A stretch of DNA of 64,000 nt from NCBI RefSeq assembly GCF_009914755.1, contig NC_060928.1; one strand, given 5' to 3'. Source of the DNA: the human T2T-CHM13v2.0 reference genome, Homo sapiens. Of this stretch, positions 13,506-28,401 are shown in pieces (the stretch's first letter is position 1; the number at the start of each line of letters is the position of its first letter). The notes beneath the pieces are model-generated. The model saw only the letters and a list, made by a program, of their open reading frames with translations. It was not told the origin of the DNA and searched no databases. The position numbers and the translations under genes are program-made.

Positions 13506-14045
13506 TCTGTTCTATTAGGGGACAGCGTGTGGTTGCCTGTAACAGAAAATTGTTTCATACTGGCCCACACAAATAGGAATTTATTTGACTCACATAACAG
13601 GAAACCTGGGGATGAACAGGTAAGAGCCAGAGTAGTGGCCTAATGATGCTGTCAAGAACTCAGGTGCTGTTGATCATTCTCTTTCACTGTCATTAGAATA
13701 TTGGCTTCTATATTCTCAGTTGTTGCCTCTTGATCTCAAGATGGTTGCTGTAGCTCCAGATAGCACCTCTGCATTCAAGGCACATAATATACAAAAGTCT
13801 TTTCCTGGCAACTTTTTAGAACGTTGGAACAGAAAGCCCCCGTCAGAAGACTTCTTATATTTCATTAGCCATAAATAAGTCACATGTTCACTCGTATATC
13901 CATCACTGGCCAAAAGAAGAGATTACCATGACAAGTCTGTGATTCTTCTGTCAGGGCTGGGGAAGGGCCTCCGAGAGATGAAAGGAGCAGGGTTCTGTAA
14001 GCCAGGAAGAGAGAATAACCGTTAGGTGGGCAGTGGACAATGGCT
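13506..14045. mobile_element. MLT1J/K-like MaLR LTR
   Basis: 'ggttgcctgtaacagaaaa', 'aatttatttgactcacataac', 'aagatggttgctgtagctccag' motifs; boundaries approximate. Confidence 0.65.
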
Positions 14046-15365
14046 AGATAGAAGCTAAGAGGGATGGCTGATAAGGATGTGAGGTGGCTAGTTGGAAGGG
14101 TAGCAGGTACCTGCTCTGTCCTAACCATGTCAAACTTGGAGCAAGCTGTCATCTTTATTAGAGAAGTGAGGAGTTAGAAGTGAAGATTAGAAATACAAAA
14201 CTTACAGACAGTCATGTAATAGGGTTAAAACCAGAAATGTCAACTCTGAGCCAAAGTAAGCTAAAGCCTGTGGTGTGTCGGATGCTGGAACAGGAGCCCG
14301 AAGTCCATGTTGGGGCCCAGGTGGAGGGAATAGAATTCTGCTGAGTGCCTGGTTTCTGGCTCTGGCTCTTGCCTCGTGGGAGTTTAGGTTACATTTAGAG
14401 CTGGCAAGCAGTTTCCAGCAGGTGTGGCAATCTCCAGGCCCTTAGATAACTAGTTCACTCTGGGCATGTACACAGTCTTGCAGGGGCTAGTAGATTCCAA
14501 GCATCAAACTAGAGATGGGAGAAGGACAATTTAGGGCCAAGTGGGGAAATTGGCAAGAGTCCCAGGCCCAGGAGCAGCCAGATTTCCTGGGCAGTTACCA
14601 AAATTGGAGCTTGGAAACAAGGCTTAAGAGGTGAAACTCTGTTATTTAGGGTTGGAGGCAGGCTGGAGTTGGGGAATTAGGAGCTCTTTGACTAAAATTG
14701 AGACTTTAGGGTGGAACTAGCAGCCACTGCTACTGGGTGCAAGACCCCAGAGTGGGCTGAAGTCAAAGGCCTCATGCCTCAGTATGGGCTTGATCCTGAG
14801 CATTGGAAATTAGCCTCAGCCTACTACATATGGATCAGGGGTTTCCTGTTGGGGTGGGAGAAGGAAGGATGTAGCTTCGTAGGAGATACATACAAGAACT
14901 CTTTTGGAGATAGCATTTACAGGGCTTGGAAAGAAGACAATGCTGGAGGGTGAGCCTAGCTGGCTGGCTTTATCTAAAATGTGGAATACAGAAATAGTAA
15001 TAATTGTTGACGTTAAACGTCTGAGCCTATGAGTACATAGGGCATCTAGGGAGAGATGTCAGTAATTGATTATATGAGATTGGGATGTGGGAGATCTCTA
15101 CCAAGATCTCTACAGCCAGAAATAAAGACTGGAGCCATCCACACATCGGGATCAGGATGGAGTGAGATTGCGAAGGGAGAGGGCGTTGGGAGTTCGGCAC
15201 ATCGTTTTTGTGTATGCACCATGAAGGAGAAGCCACTCCAAGGGTTGTATTTATTTCCATTTCATTTTATTGCCCCATGATTTTTTTCCCAGATTCCTCC
15301 AATTTCTGGTTGATTCTTCTTTCCTAATGTTTTTCAGATATAACCAGTTTCTCCCAAATAGCTGC

Positions 15366-15708
<343 letters not shown>

Positions 15709-15868
15709 TAAATGCTCAAAAAGTTTATATAGATTCTTCAAGGAGAAAAAAAAAATTTTGGAGAATGCCATATTTTCCATCCTTAAGACAAGGATTTGTG
15801 CTTATTATTCTTTATGATTTTCATTTATAGTAATTGATACTTATGAGATTTCTTTTTAAAAAAAGTCA

Positions 15869-18488
<2,620 letters not shown>

Positions 18489-21005
18489 TTATCATACTCT
18501 CATCAAGGTTAATTCTAGGTTGAACGATCTGACCACACCCTGTACCTCGGAAGCAGCATTCCCTTCAGCCATGGGAGGTTCTTTTTTTCTGCATTTAGCG
18601 GTGGAACTTTTAAGATTTATGTTAATAAGGAAGAGGAAGTTAATTTAAACCTATTTAATAAAACGAATGGTTTTGTAAGTTGGTGTAAGGGTGCGTCAGC
18701 GTAAGTAGTAGAGAGTAGAAATCTATAAGTTCCTGATGGTCAAAATGGTCAAGTTGTTATTCACACTTGTGATTGTAGGGTATGGGTGTCAACTGCTTTT
18801 TCAAACATAGATGGCAAATGTGAAGAACTTCCCAGAACTGAGGTTGAAGCTCCAGATAAGGTAGGCAAGTCATTTACTGATGAACCCGGGGCACTTTGGA
18901 GTGGGAAAGGCAGTATTAGGAATAATCGCACGCAGGAACTTTTCTGGGCAGAGTGGGACTTACGGTCACCCTAGTTCTAGACCTCAGCAATGGTTCCCAG
19001 ATTCCATAATTCAAGGTGAAATGAAATCAAAGTAAGGCATTTCCTCCTTGTTCTGGCATCTAAGTTGAAGGACTGTTCTCTTCTATAAAATACAGGTGGC
19101 TTAAGGTCCTGGAAATGCCGAAAGGAGATTGTCTTCATTGTCAGGCTTTTCCCTTGCGTTTCAAGTCAGGTGACAGTGTTTGGAGACTGTGCTGAGCGGA
19201 TTCAGGGCCCAGCCCCGTGGGTCCTTAATGACTTCAATGTGGGTTTTTAATCTTCTGCCCAAGTGTTATCTTACTTGCCCAGACAAGTCGTTCACCACTA
19301 CAGGAGAGTGTGGGAAAATTAACACTGCCAGAGCAACCAGGGAAGGGACGAAATGTCTGAAGGTAGAAATGAATTGCATTAGGATTTATTTTAATGCAGC
19401 CTGGAAACACACAACTTTAAATCTCTGGGCTGCTTAAGGAGATCCCACACCTTTCCTTGGAGGGAAAAAGAAAAAGAGGATTGAAAAATATACAGACTAC
19501 AGCTATCTTTAATGTTTAAGTTAGCTATCAGGAAACTCGAAATAGTGAATGTAATAAAATGTTGACAGCAGTTTCACTTAACATGCGGTAACTCTGGACT
19601 AGAACGACATCTTTGGCACCAAAGGAAATCGAGAGAATAAAAGCAGCAGTCGTCAGGATTTGAAGGAAGCCACAGATTATTACCATCTGTACATTTTACA
19701 GACCTCTTACAAAAACCAGAAACCCAGGACCCAGACTGGAGTGTAAGTATATTGAGCTCTGGGGTGTGTTGTTAGATGGAGGAAACTCAGAAATTGGTCT
19801 GAATTTTTAAACACAATGCTTCATAAAACCTGACTATTCTGTTCTGGCGATGTTAGAACTTGTCTATAATCTGAAACAGCAGATTTATTTGGAGGGGTTA
19901 TTTGCATGTCTCATGTGGGATATCCCATTGTTTCAAACCTTTACTATACCAGGCCTTCATACTTCCACGATTTCTCTGTAAATGTAGAATTATCTGTAAA
20001 TTGCTCTCTGATTTCAGATTGTTCTTATGTGATGGGTTGTGTGTTCTTTCCTGAAGCTTGTGGAAAGGTCATCGTCAAACACATATAAGTGTCTTGAATA
20101 ATGAATTGGTTCATCACTACCATAGATCACTTAGCTTGGACTTTTCTATTATTCTTGAGAAGGTACTTTCTCATGAACCTCCATTAAATATCAGTAGAAG
20201 AAGGTTTTGCCCAGTGTTTATTTGACATTATAACTTGGGCCAATGGTTAGATTCTCTGCAGTTGAAACTCATAGATAGAGACTAAACATAAAACATGCAA
20301 GTTTCACATCAGATGTTTTTGTGTGTGTCTGTGTGTTTTAATCAGGGCTTATATTTGCTCAGAGATATTAGACCTGAACTCCTAAACTCTAGCCCTTGAA
20401 AAACTAGATTCATGGCAGGGGGCAGGGGGGATGGTGAGTTTATTATTTTTTATAAAAAGTAAAAGTGTTTTAAAATAGCAAGTAGTGAATAAGAGAGGCC
20501 CATTTACCTAAAATGTTTACATAAAAATAGAGTTACATCCATGTAAATGGGACTGTTAGGTAAATTATTTGACATCTCATGGAGAAATAGAAACTTTCTC
20601 ATAAATGATTTTGATATAGAGCACTGAAAATACAATTTAATGGAATCATTTCAACTTAAAAATGACAATTAATGACAGATTGGAGAAGTCAGCCAATTAT
20701 CGCTTAGTGCTTTTCTATCCAACACATATGGAAGATTGCTTATAAACAGGGAATGTTTTTTTTAACATGCATATGAATTTAGTATAATATTTGTCAATTC
20801 TTAGCTAGTTTGGCAACATTAAAATCTTAGATCTTTGATACTTAGACTAGTGTCCCGAATATGAAATGTTCCATGGATAGATTTGTTCATTCTTTGCAAC
20901 CCCTGAAATATTAATGTTTAAGCAAGAAACTCTTCACCCCAATATTTTTCTTTGGTAACCTAAGATTCACAGAGTGATGTAATAGAGTATTTGGCCAAAT
21001 TAAAA

Positions 21006-21360
21006 TGAGGGAAGGTGCAAATAACAGAATTAATTCCCACAGCTGTCGAATACGAGGTTAGCAAGTAAGTGAAATCACACGCATTACTTTGGGTGTTTAA
21101 TTCTGAAAACTACTCATCCAAGTGTTCACTTTGAAATTTAATTGTGTGTATTTGTGTCTCTTCTCCTGAAGGGTGCTCTTCTGTTAGGGCAGCCCATGCC
21201 GTTTTTTAAATTAATGGTGCAGATTCTTTTAGTTCATAGGCTCGTCTTGGGGGAGTAATGCAGGCATGTGTGAAAGGGGCCGTGAGCCTTTGTGGACTCT
21301 TGGGTCCTATCTGATAAATGATTGCTTCAATACACTAAATGGGCCCCAGTGTCCTAGAAA
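21006..21360 (+). repeat. left arm of long inverted repeat
   Basis: Reverse complement of 22052-22402, ~90% identical by hand alignment. Confidence 0.97.
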
Positions 21361-22051
21361 CGTTCATATCATTTCCACATGTTCACTTCCTTTTCCTGGA
21401 AAGTGTAACTTATGACAAGGGTAACTTGGAAATCCAAGCTCATTATTGGAGAAAAACGAATGGTCGTCTATTTGGCATATGTTTTGAAAATAACCTCAGT
21501 GTGGGAAAATCTTTTGTGAAGTTTATTATGAATCTGTTTATAGTATACTTTTCAAAATGTGTATGTAAGCATCTTAAGGCTTAAGAAAAGAAAGCGCTAA
21601 GTAGGCATAGTTGATTTCTCCTATTGCAAAAATACAAGTGAGCAAGGAAGAAGACTATGCAGCGGAAGGTATGGTTGGAATGATGTGTTGAGGAATGTTA
21701 ATGATTCGTCTGGAAGCGTGCAAATGTGGGGCAAGTGCAGGCCCTTCACTTCCATCCTGGCTTCTTTTTGAAGTGACATTTGGCATTTTAGCTGCCTCAC
21801 GATGCTACTCTGATAGGAATCTTCTGCCTATGGTGCACATTCGGAGAATGCTCTGGCCACAGCTGCTCTGGTTTGGGTCAGGAGTAGGGCAAGCTTTGCT
21901 GAAGGTGGCAGCTGCCCTGGCCTGTCTCCTCTGAGTTCGCTTCCAGCCTAGGTCTCATTCCTGGCCTGGTGGTAGCATCTTGCTGCAGGGATGGACCTCT
22001 CAGAAACATCCTAAGTGCGCACCCTGGGGTCTCGAATAGGCTGGTCACAGA

Positions 22052-22402
22052 TTTCTAGGACACTGAGGCCCATTTAGTGTATTGAAGCAATCATTTATCA
22101 GATAGGACCCAAGAGTCCAGAAAGGCTCACGGCCCCTTTCACACATGTCGACATTACTCCCCCAAGACGAGCCTATGAACTAAAAAATCTGCACCATTAA
22201 TTAAAGAAATGGCATGGGCTACACTAACAGAAGAGCACCCTTCAGGAGAACAGACGCAAATACGCACAAACAGTTGCAAAGTGAACACTCGGATGAGTAG
22301 TTTTCAGCATTAAACACTTAAAGTAGTGTGTGATTCAACTTACTTGCTAACCTCGTATTTGACAGGTGAGGGTATTAATTCTGTTATTTCCACCTTCCCT
22401 CA
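22052..22402 (-). repeat. right arm of long inverted repeat
   Basis: tttctaggacactg...ttatttccaccttccctca mirrors tgagggaaggtg...cagtgtcctagaaa at 21006-21360. Confidence 0.97.
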
Positions 22403-22978
22403 GCAGTCTCCATCCAAACTGAAGGGCAGTTCAGGGATCTGCCTTCCAAAGCCTTGTCTAAAAGCCGTCCCTGCTCTCAGCCACCTGCCCCTGGCTGACT
22501 GCAGCTAATGGTAGGGTGGTTCATGTGAACATCGCTTTGCAGTTAGCTGTCTTGGACTCGGACCCCGGGGGATGATAGCTCCCTTGCCCAAGAATAATGG
22601 GGTGTTTTGTTGTTACAGAAGAAGGGAAGGGAGATGTGAAAGTGCTACTTTAAAAATAGTCTTTTTTCAGTAGTGTCTGTTTAATAGTTACTGCATATAT
22701 ATTAATGTGTGTAGCTTTATTTTTTTTGACACTTACCCTATGGGACCAAAACAGTCAGCTACCAAGTCTTATTGAGAATTTACTTTGGAAAGTCCTGGAG
22801 ATTTGGTCTGTGGCATCTGACTGAGGAGAGAGGACATGTGAAGAGGCAGGGAGGGAGATGAGTGGATAATTAGATTAAATTGTGTGGTAGAGGCTGGGAG
22901 GGGTTTGGAGGGGTTTGGAGGACAGGAAGTTCAAACAAGCCTTCCTCTCCCTTCTCTAGGGTAATCCTTCTGCCTGGT

Positions 22979-23403
22979 AGGATTGGTTGCCCTGTAGGAC
23001 TGGTTGTCCCACAGGACTGGTCATCCTGCAGAACTGGTTATCCCGCAGGACTGGTTATCCTGCAGGTCTGGTCATCCCACAGGACTGGTCATCCTGCAGG
23101 TCTCATCATCCCACAGGACTGGTTATCCCACAGGACTGGTCATCTCGCAGGACTGGTTATCCTGCAGGACTGGTCATCTTGCAGGACTGGTCATTCCACA
23201 GGACTGGTTATCCTGCAGTACTGGTTATCCCATAGGACTGGTTGCCTCGTAGGACTGGTCATCCCGCAGGACTGGTTATCCCGCAGGACTGGTTGCCTCA
23301 TAGGATTGGTCATCCCACAGGACTGGTTATCCTGCAGGACTGGTTATCCCACAGGACTCGTTGCCTCGTAGGACTGGTCATCCTGCAGGACTGGTTATCC
23401 CAT
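22979..23403. repeat. 17-bp minisatellite (AGGACTGGT[T/C]ATCC[CA/TG]C)n, ~25 copies
   Basis: aggactggttatcccac / aggactggtcatcctgc units in tandem with variants. Confidence 0.97.
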
Positions 23404-23876
23404 TGAAGGCAGTGCCACGGCTGCCTGGATTCCCAGCCTTCCACATACTGACATGTGCAGGTCATCTCCGAATTTGAGGTTCTGCCCGATTCAGCTTCTT
23501 AATCTACTTATTTTTCCTCTTCTCCACATAACTTAAAAGATGTTCTGCTTTCATTCCTTTTATCTTGTTACCCCTTACCTCTGGGGTCCTTCCCACCTCC
23601 TGAATCCCGGGCAGCTGTGGAATGGAGGAACGTTCCCCCCAGCCCTGTCTCTTTCTCCTCCAGCTCTGCCCCAGTGCTGCTGGTGTCCCTGTCTGCTTTG
23701 CAGCCCCCCTTCCTTGGTTTCTGGAAAGCTGCTCTGTCCTTGTTTGCATCGATGCTGTTGGCGGCACAGCTCCCTCCCATGCCTCTGAGGGTATCCCCAG
23801 GTTTCAGTCCTGCCCATCCCCCTGTTCTCTCCCTGGGATAATGATAATTCATCCACTCTTCTCTCCCTACAGGAGT

Positions 23877-24000
23877 CAGTCATTCACTTCTCAAACATTT
23901 ATCGAGTGCCTTTTATACCCCAGGAACTGATCCAGGCATTGGAGTAGAAGGATGAGGGCAAAAACTGGGTCCCTGCCTCCTGTAGTCCACAGTGAGGAGC
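23877..24000 (-). mobile_element. L2 3' fragment
   Basis: cattcacttctcaaacatttatcgagtgcc...tccctgcctc. Confidence 0.6.
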
Positions 24001-24547
24001 GGGTAGTAAATAGGCCTCCCCAGCACAGCTGGAAGGGCAACCCCTGGGGAAGTGCAGGCTCCCTGGGGGACCCTCAGGGGGCACCATGCCTGACCTCACT
24101 GCACAGCCCCATCCCTAAGCTCTCCCTTGCCCCTCCGCCTCCCGGATGACCTATCCACACTTCAGACAAAGCAGCTCCACAGGGAAACCCACAATCTGTT
24201 CCTCCAAGCTAAGTGCCCTGCTGCTGGCCCATTCTTGACACTGTGACCTGCGTCTCCTGCCCTGTGCGGGCTGCAAGCCTGGGAGTCCCACTACAGCTCT
24301 AGTTTCCCTTCAGATCCTTACCCAGTCAGCCACCCACCCGGCAGCTCTTCTGCTGTCGTTGCGCTCAGCTCTGCTTCCGACTTTCCATTCCTGTTGCCTC
24401 TGCCCACGGCCGGAGCCTCCCTGCCTCATTCGTGCACTGTTTCGTATTTATAGATGGGGTATTTACTTCCTCAGAGATTTAAAAAAGTTACCCAAGTGGT
24501 TCATGTTCATGGTGGAAAATAATTAGAAAATAGAGAAAAAGAGAAAG

Positions 24548-24585
24548 AAGGAAGGAAGGAAGGAAGGAAGGAAGGGAGGGACGGG
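24548..24585. repeat. (GGAA)n microsatellite
   Basis: aaggaaggaaggaaggaaggaaggaagggagggacggg. Confidence 0.9.
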
Positions 24586-27489
24586 AAAACCACACATTTC
24601 ACCATTCAGATAATGTCCCTATTGAGCTGTGATAGTTATCCCTCTAGACTTTTTCCCGTGTATCTATCAAAATATCCTCATCTATCCAAATGTGAAACAT
24701 GTCTTACAAATCATGATTATGTTATCTATATTGTTTTGTAGTCGACTTCTTTATACTTAGCTTCTATGATTGCTTTTCTGGATCTAGAAATATAATACTT
24801 TTTTTTCATGGCTGTATAATTATTGGAAGCAATTTGCCCCTTCATCTCTACGTCATTTCAGTGTACTGTACACACCGCCCCTAAGTCATTCTCACACTTG
24901 ATTGGTCTTGCTGCCCTTCTGCTGAAAAGCACAGGCAGCTTCCTATGGCCCTCTGCCACCCGCCCCACATTCCTCTTCTATAGGAAAGGTTTTATGCCTT
25001 TCTCAGTCTTCAGGATTCTTTCTCTCCTCTGAATAAGATCTATTATTTGGACCAAGCTTGGTGGCTGTCATAGGCTACACCTTGGGATTAGGAGGGGCAG
25101 TTCCTGGGATCCCACGGTGCCTTGCTCATCGCTGTGCCCCTGCTCTGGCCCATTCTCTCTCTCCCTCTTCCCAGTGTTGTAGGGTGTCACATGCTGCCAG
25201 GTCTTGGGACTGAAGAGGTGACCAAAGTGCCTCTGAACTCCAGCTCCTACCGCAGTAGGGCAGATACAGCCATGAAAACAGACAAATGCAACAGGGCAAG
25301 ATCACGACGCTGGGGAGGAAGAAAGGGTGTCCATCGGGTGACATTGGAGCTGGTCTTGCCCTGTGACAGGCACCTACAGAGCTCAGCTGGCAGTGACCAA
25401 AGAGGATGACAGCAGGCATTTCAGGGGTGGCAGAGGGGACTGGGGGCAGTGGGCAGCCTGGGAAGGGCAGGGGCCAGATGGTGGGTGTTGGTGTGGCTTG
25501 GCATGACAGAGGCGGCGGGGCCAGGGTATGAACAGGCTTACGGAGCCATCTCCACCCACCCACAGGACAGTTTTGATGAGACAAAGCAAATGGTGACGCA
25601 CAGAAGGCCAGCATGGCCCTTGCATGCAGGGAACTTGTTGTTGAAACCAAGATAAATTTCTGTATTTTTATGATTTTGATATCACAAGTCAAATCCTGAA
25701 ACCCACATGTCACTGGGATGATCCAAATGATCTTACCGAACTGAATGGATTTTTTTTTCCTATTATACCAAAGACTAGAAAGACTTTTGATATCTAGGAC
25801 TTTATTTTCCTTGTCACAATATTCTGTATATTGGGATTTGTTCATGTCAGTTGCGTTTACTGACAGATTAGATTAGATTAGATATTTACTGACAGAATTT
25901 CCTGGCAGATTAGAATGTGTGTGTGTGTATGTATTTGTTAGTATATTAAAACTAGTCAAAAAGCCTCTTTGCTGTTTAAAGATAATATATAATTCTGCAA
26001 TTAAATATCTGTGTCCCTTTAAAATCATATTCTTTTTTTTTTACCGATGTCTACCTATTTAGGATGTAGTTCACTGTGAATTTTTAAATCAAAGAAAATA
26101 ACTTCTTCCAGTTTTTGTAAAGGGAGATGAGGAATGATTTAAGCTTCACAAATAGAACATAGTGCTTTAAACTGTGAGGGACTTCTCACTGGGTCCAGCC
26201 TCATCATTATACAGAAAAGGAAACGGGCCCTCAAAAGTGAAGCAATTTGCCTAAAATGACGTAGCTAATTAGTGGCCCAGCCAAAACCCCAATCCAGGAC
26301 TTCTGGCTTTCAGTGCTGTGACCTTCCCACTATTCCATGCTGCCAGCTGGCTTAAAACAAAACAAAACAAACAAAAAACAAAAAACAAAAAAAAAAAAAA
26401 AAAAAGAAGAAAAAGAAGAAAAAATTGGAGAATTGAGTTGACACATTGCTTGAATTCCCCTACCTCTTTATAGAGTGTGAAAAATCCTGATATGCTTTAA
26501 AAGAAACACTTAAAAATGTATCAGGACTTGTAAAGAAAATCAGGAATATTTGTGATATGCTAATTAGAAAGTATCTCATTATGCGAGAGACAGGAAACGT
26601 GGCAGAGGGAGATGCTATTCAGAGTAACTTAAGGAAACTTCAAAGGTAAGACAAAAGGCCGTTCTTTTTATTTATTTGATAATGTGTGTGGCTGTCATCA
26701 AAGTTCTGATGGGGCCTGACACCTTTATGAAAAACCCCCTTTATGAAAAACACTGGGGGAATCTCTCAGACACACGGAAGGAAAAGCAAACGATTCCATT
26801 TCCATCCGAGTTTCCGTAGGTGGAAGACAGCCTTTCCCACAGTGCTCGCCTGCCAAGCATCTTCCTGTAGGAACTTGTCAGTGCCGCCATTAGTTGTTTG
26901 CAAAGGGATTACGCTTTGGCAGCCATGCTAATCGCTCCAAGGTGACCCTTTATTTGGAGAAACAAATCCTTTTCAGTTGTTGTTACGGTACACTAATCCA
27001 ACCATGCAAGTAGCTGTTTGGGAAAAAAATTATCAAAGTGCATTTTCTCCCCACTACTTCTTTCTCTCCAGATCGCTCCTAACTAAAAGTGCTGTTTCTT
27101 CCAAAGAAGTTCAAAATGACAGGGAGAAAAACACAGAACCTGGTCAGATTTCAAATTCAGGAGCAGACAGGACCCCCTAGATCTCAGAAGGAGCTGCCCC
27201 CCACCACTGAGGTTCAACAAAACCCCCAGGTGGGAGTGGACTGTCCCGTTACCTTGGGGGGGGTCCTCACCCTGCTGCAGTGGGGCCCCTGTCTTTGTCT
27301 GGCCATTGCTGCTGTTTGCCGCCATGGTGAAGTTTGTTGCACTGTAATGTTCATAGATACCCAGGAAGAGGGAGAACCGGGGAGCTTTCAGCCTCTCAGC
27401 CTGCGAGAGCCTCGAGGGAGAGACAAGGACACCTCAAAATACCAGTTCTGACGTGAGAAGCGACTTTCAGGCAGGGTTTTGTAGATCGT

Positions 27490-27720
27490 GTGGATTTTGG
27501 AGTTGGAACACACTGGCTTGGGATTGCAGTTTTGCATCTTAGCCGTGTGACCGTGAACAAGTCACCTGGTCCCTGGGCGCCGCAGCTTCTTCATCTGTAA
27601 AATGGGTTGTGGTGATTACCGGTAGGGATGTTTGGAAGACACAATGCGACAATATATGTAAAGTGCCTCGCAGGGCGTAGGGCTCATTGTGGGTCCTCAA
27701 AAATAGTAGCAGTTATCATT
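27490..27720 (+). mobile_element. MIR SINE
   Basis: Core tgtgaccgtgaacaagtcac...cagcttcttcatctgtaaaatggg; 3' tgtaaagtgcct...ctcaaaaatagtagc. Confidence 0.85.
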
Positions 27721-27984
27721 TTTCCTATATTTATGATTATCTAAACGCTAATATACCAACAACTATTTTAGTTTAAATTAGGACCCGGAAGAGCCCAAAT
27801 ATTAATTTACAGCTCAGTGGATGATTCAAAGTGCAAAGCCCCACGTAACCACCATCCAGGTGGTAACTAGAACATTACAGGATCACAGGAGCCTCATCCC
27901 TCCCCGTCCACACGATTTCCCCTTCCCTTCTTACCGAATGTAGCCATTTTCCTAAACTTCTAACACTCAACAGATACTTCGTGA

Positions 27985-28401
<417 letters not shown>

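Noticed and set aside
21006-22402. DNA transposon with long terminal inverted repeats
   Set aside because: No TSD, no recognisable transposon termini and no transposase remnant in the spacer; cannot be fully excluded without a copy-number search
22880-23371. 163-aa and two 82-aa ORFs with repeating motifs
   Set aside because: Products of the 17-bp minisatellite read through rotating frames
22979-23403. CRISPR-like array
   Set aside because: Units are contiguous with no unique spacers, no cas genes, and the DNA is primate; the same applies to 51961-52324
24548-24585. (GGAA)n as an ETS-fusion response element
   Set aside because: Only about six consecutive units, common genome-wide, with no supporting context
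25126-25845. 239-aa minus-strand ORF
   Set aside because: No recognisable domain, spans compositionally different and partly L2-like sequence, no splice or promoter support
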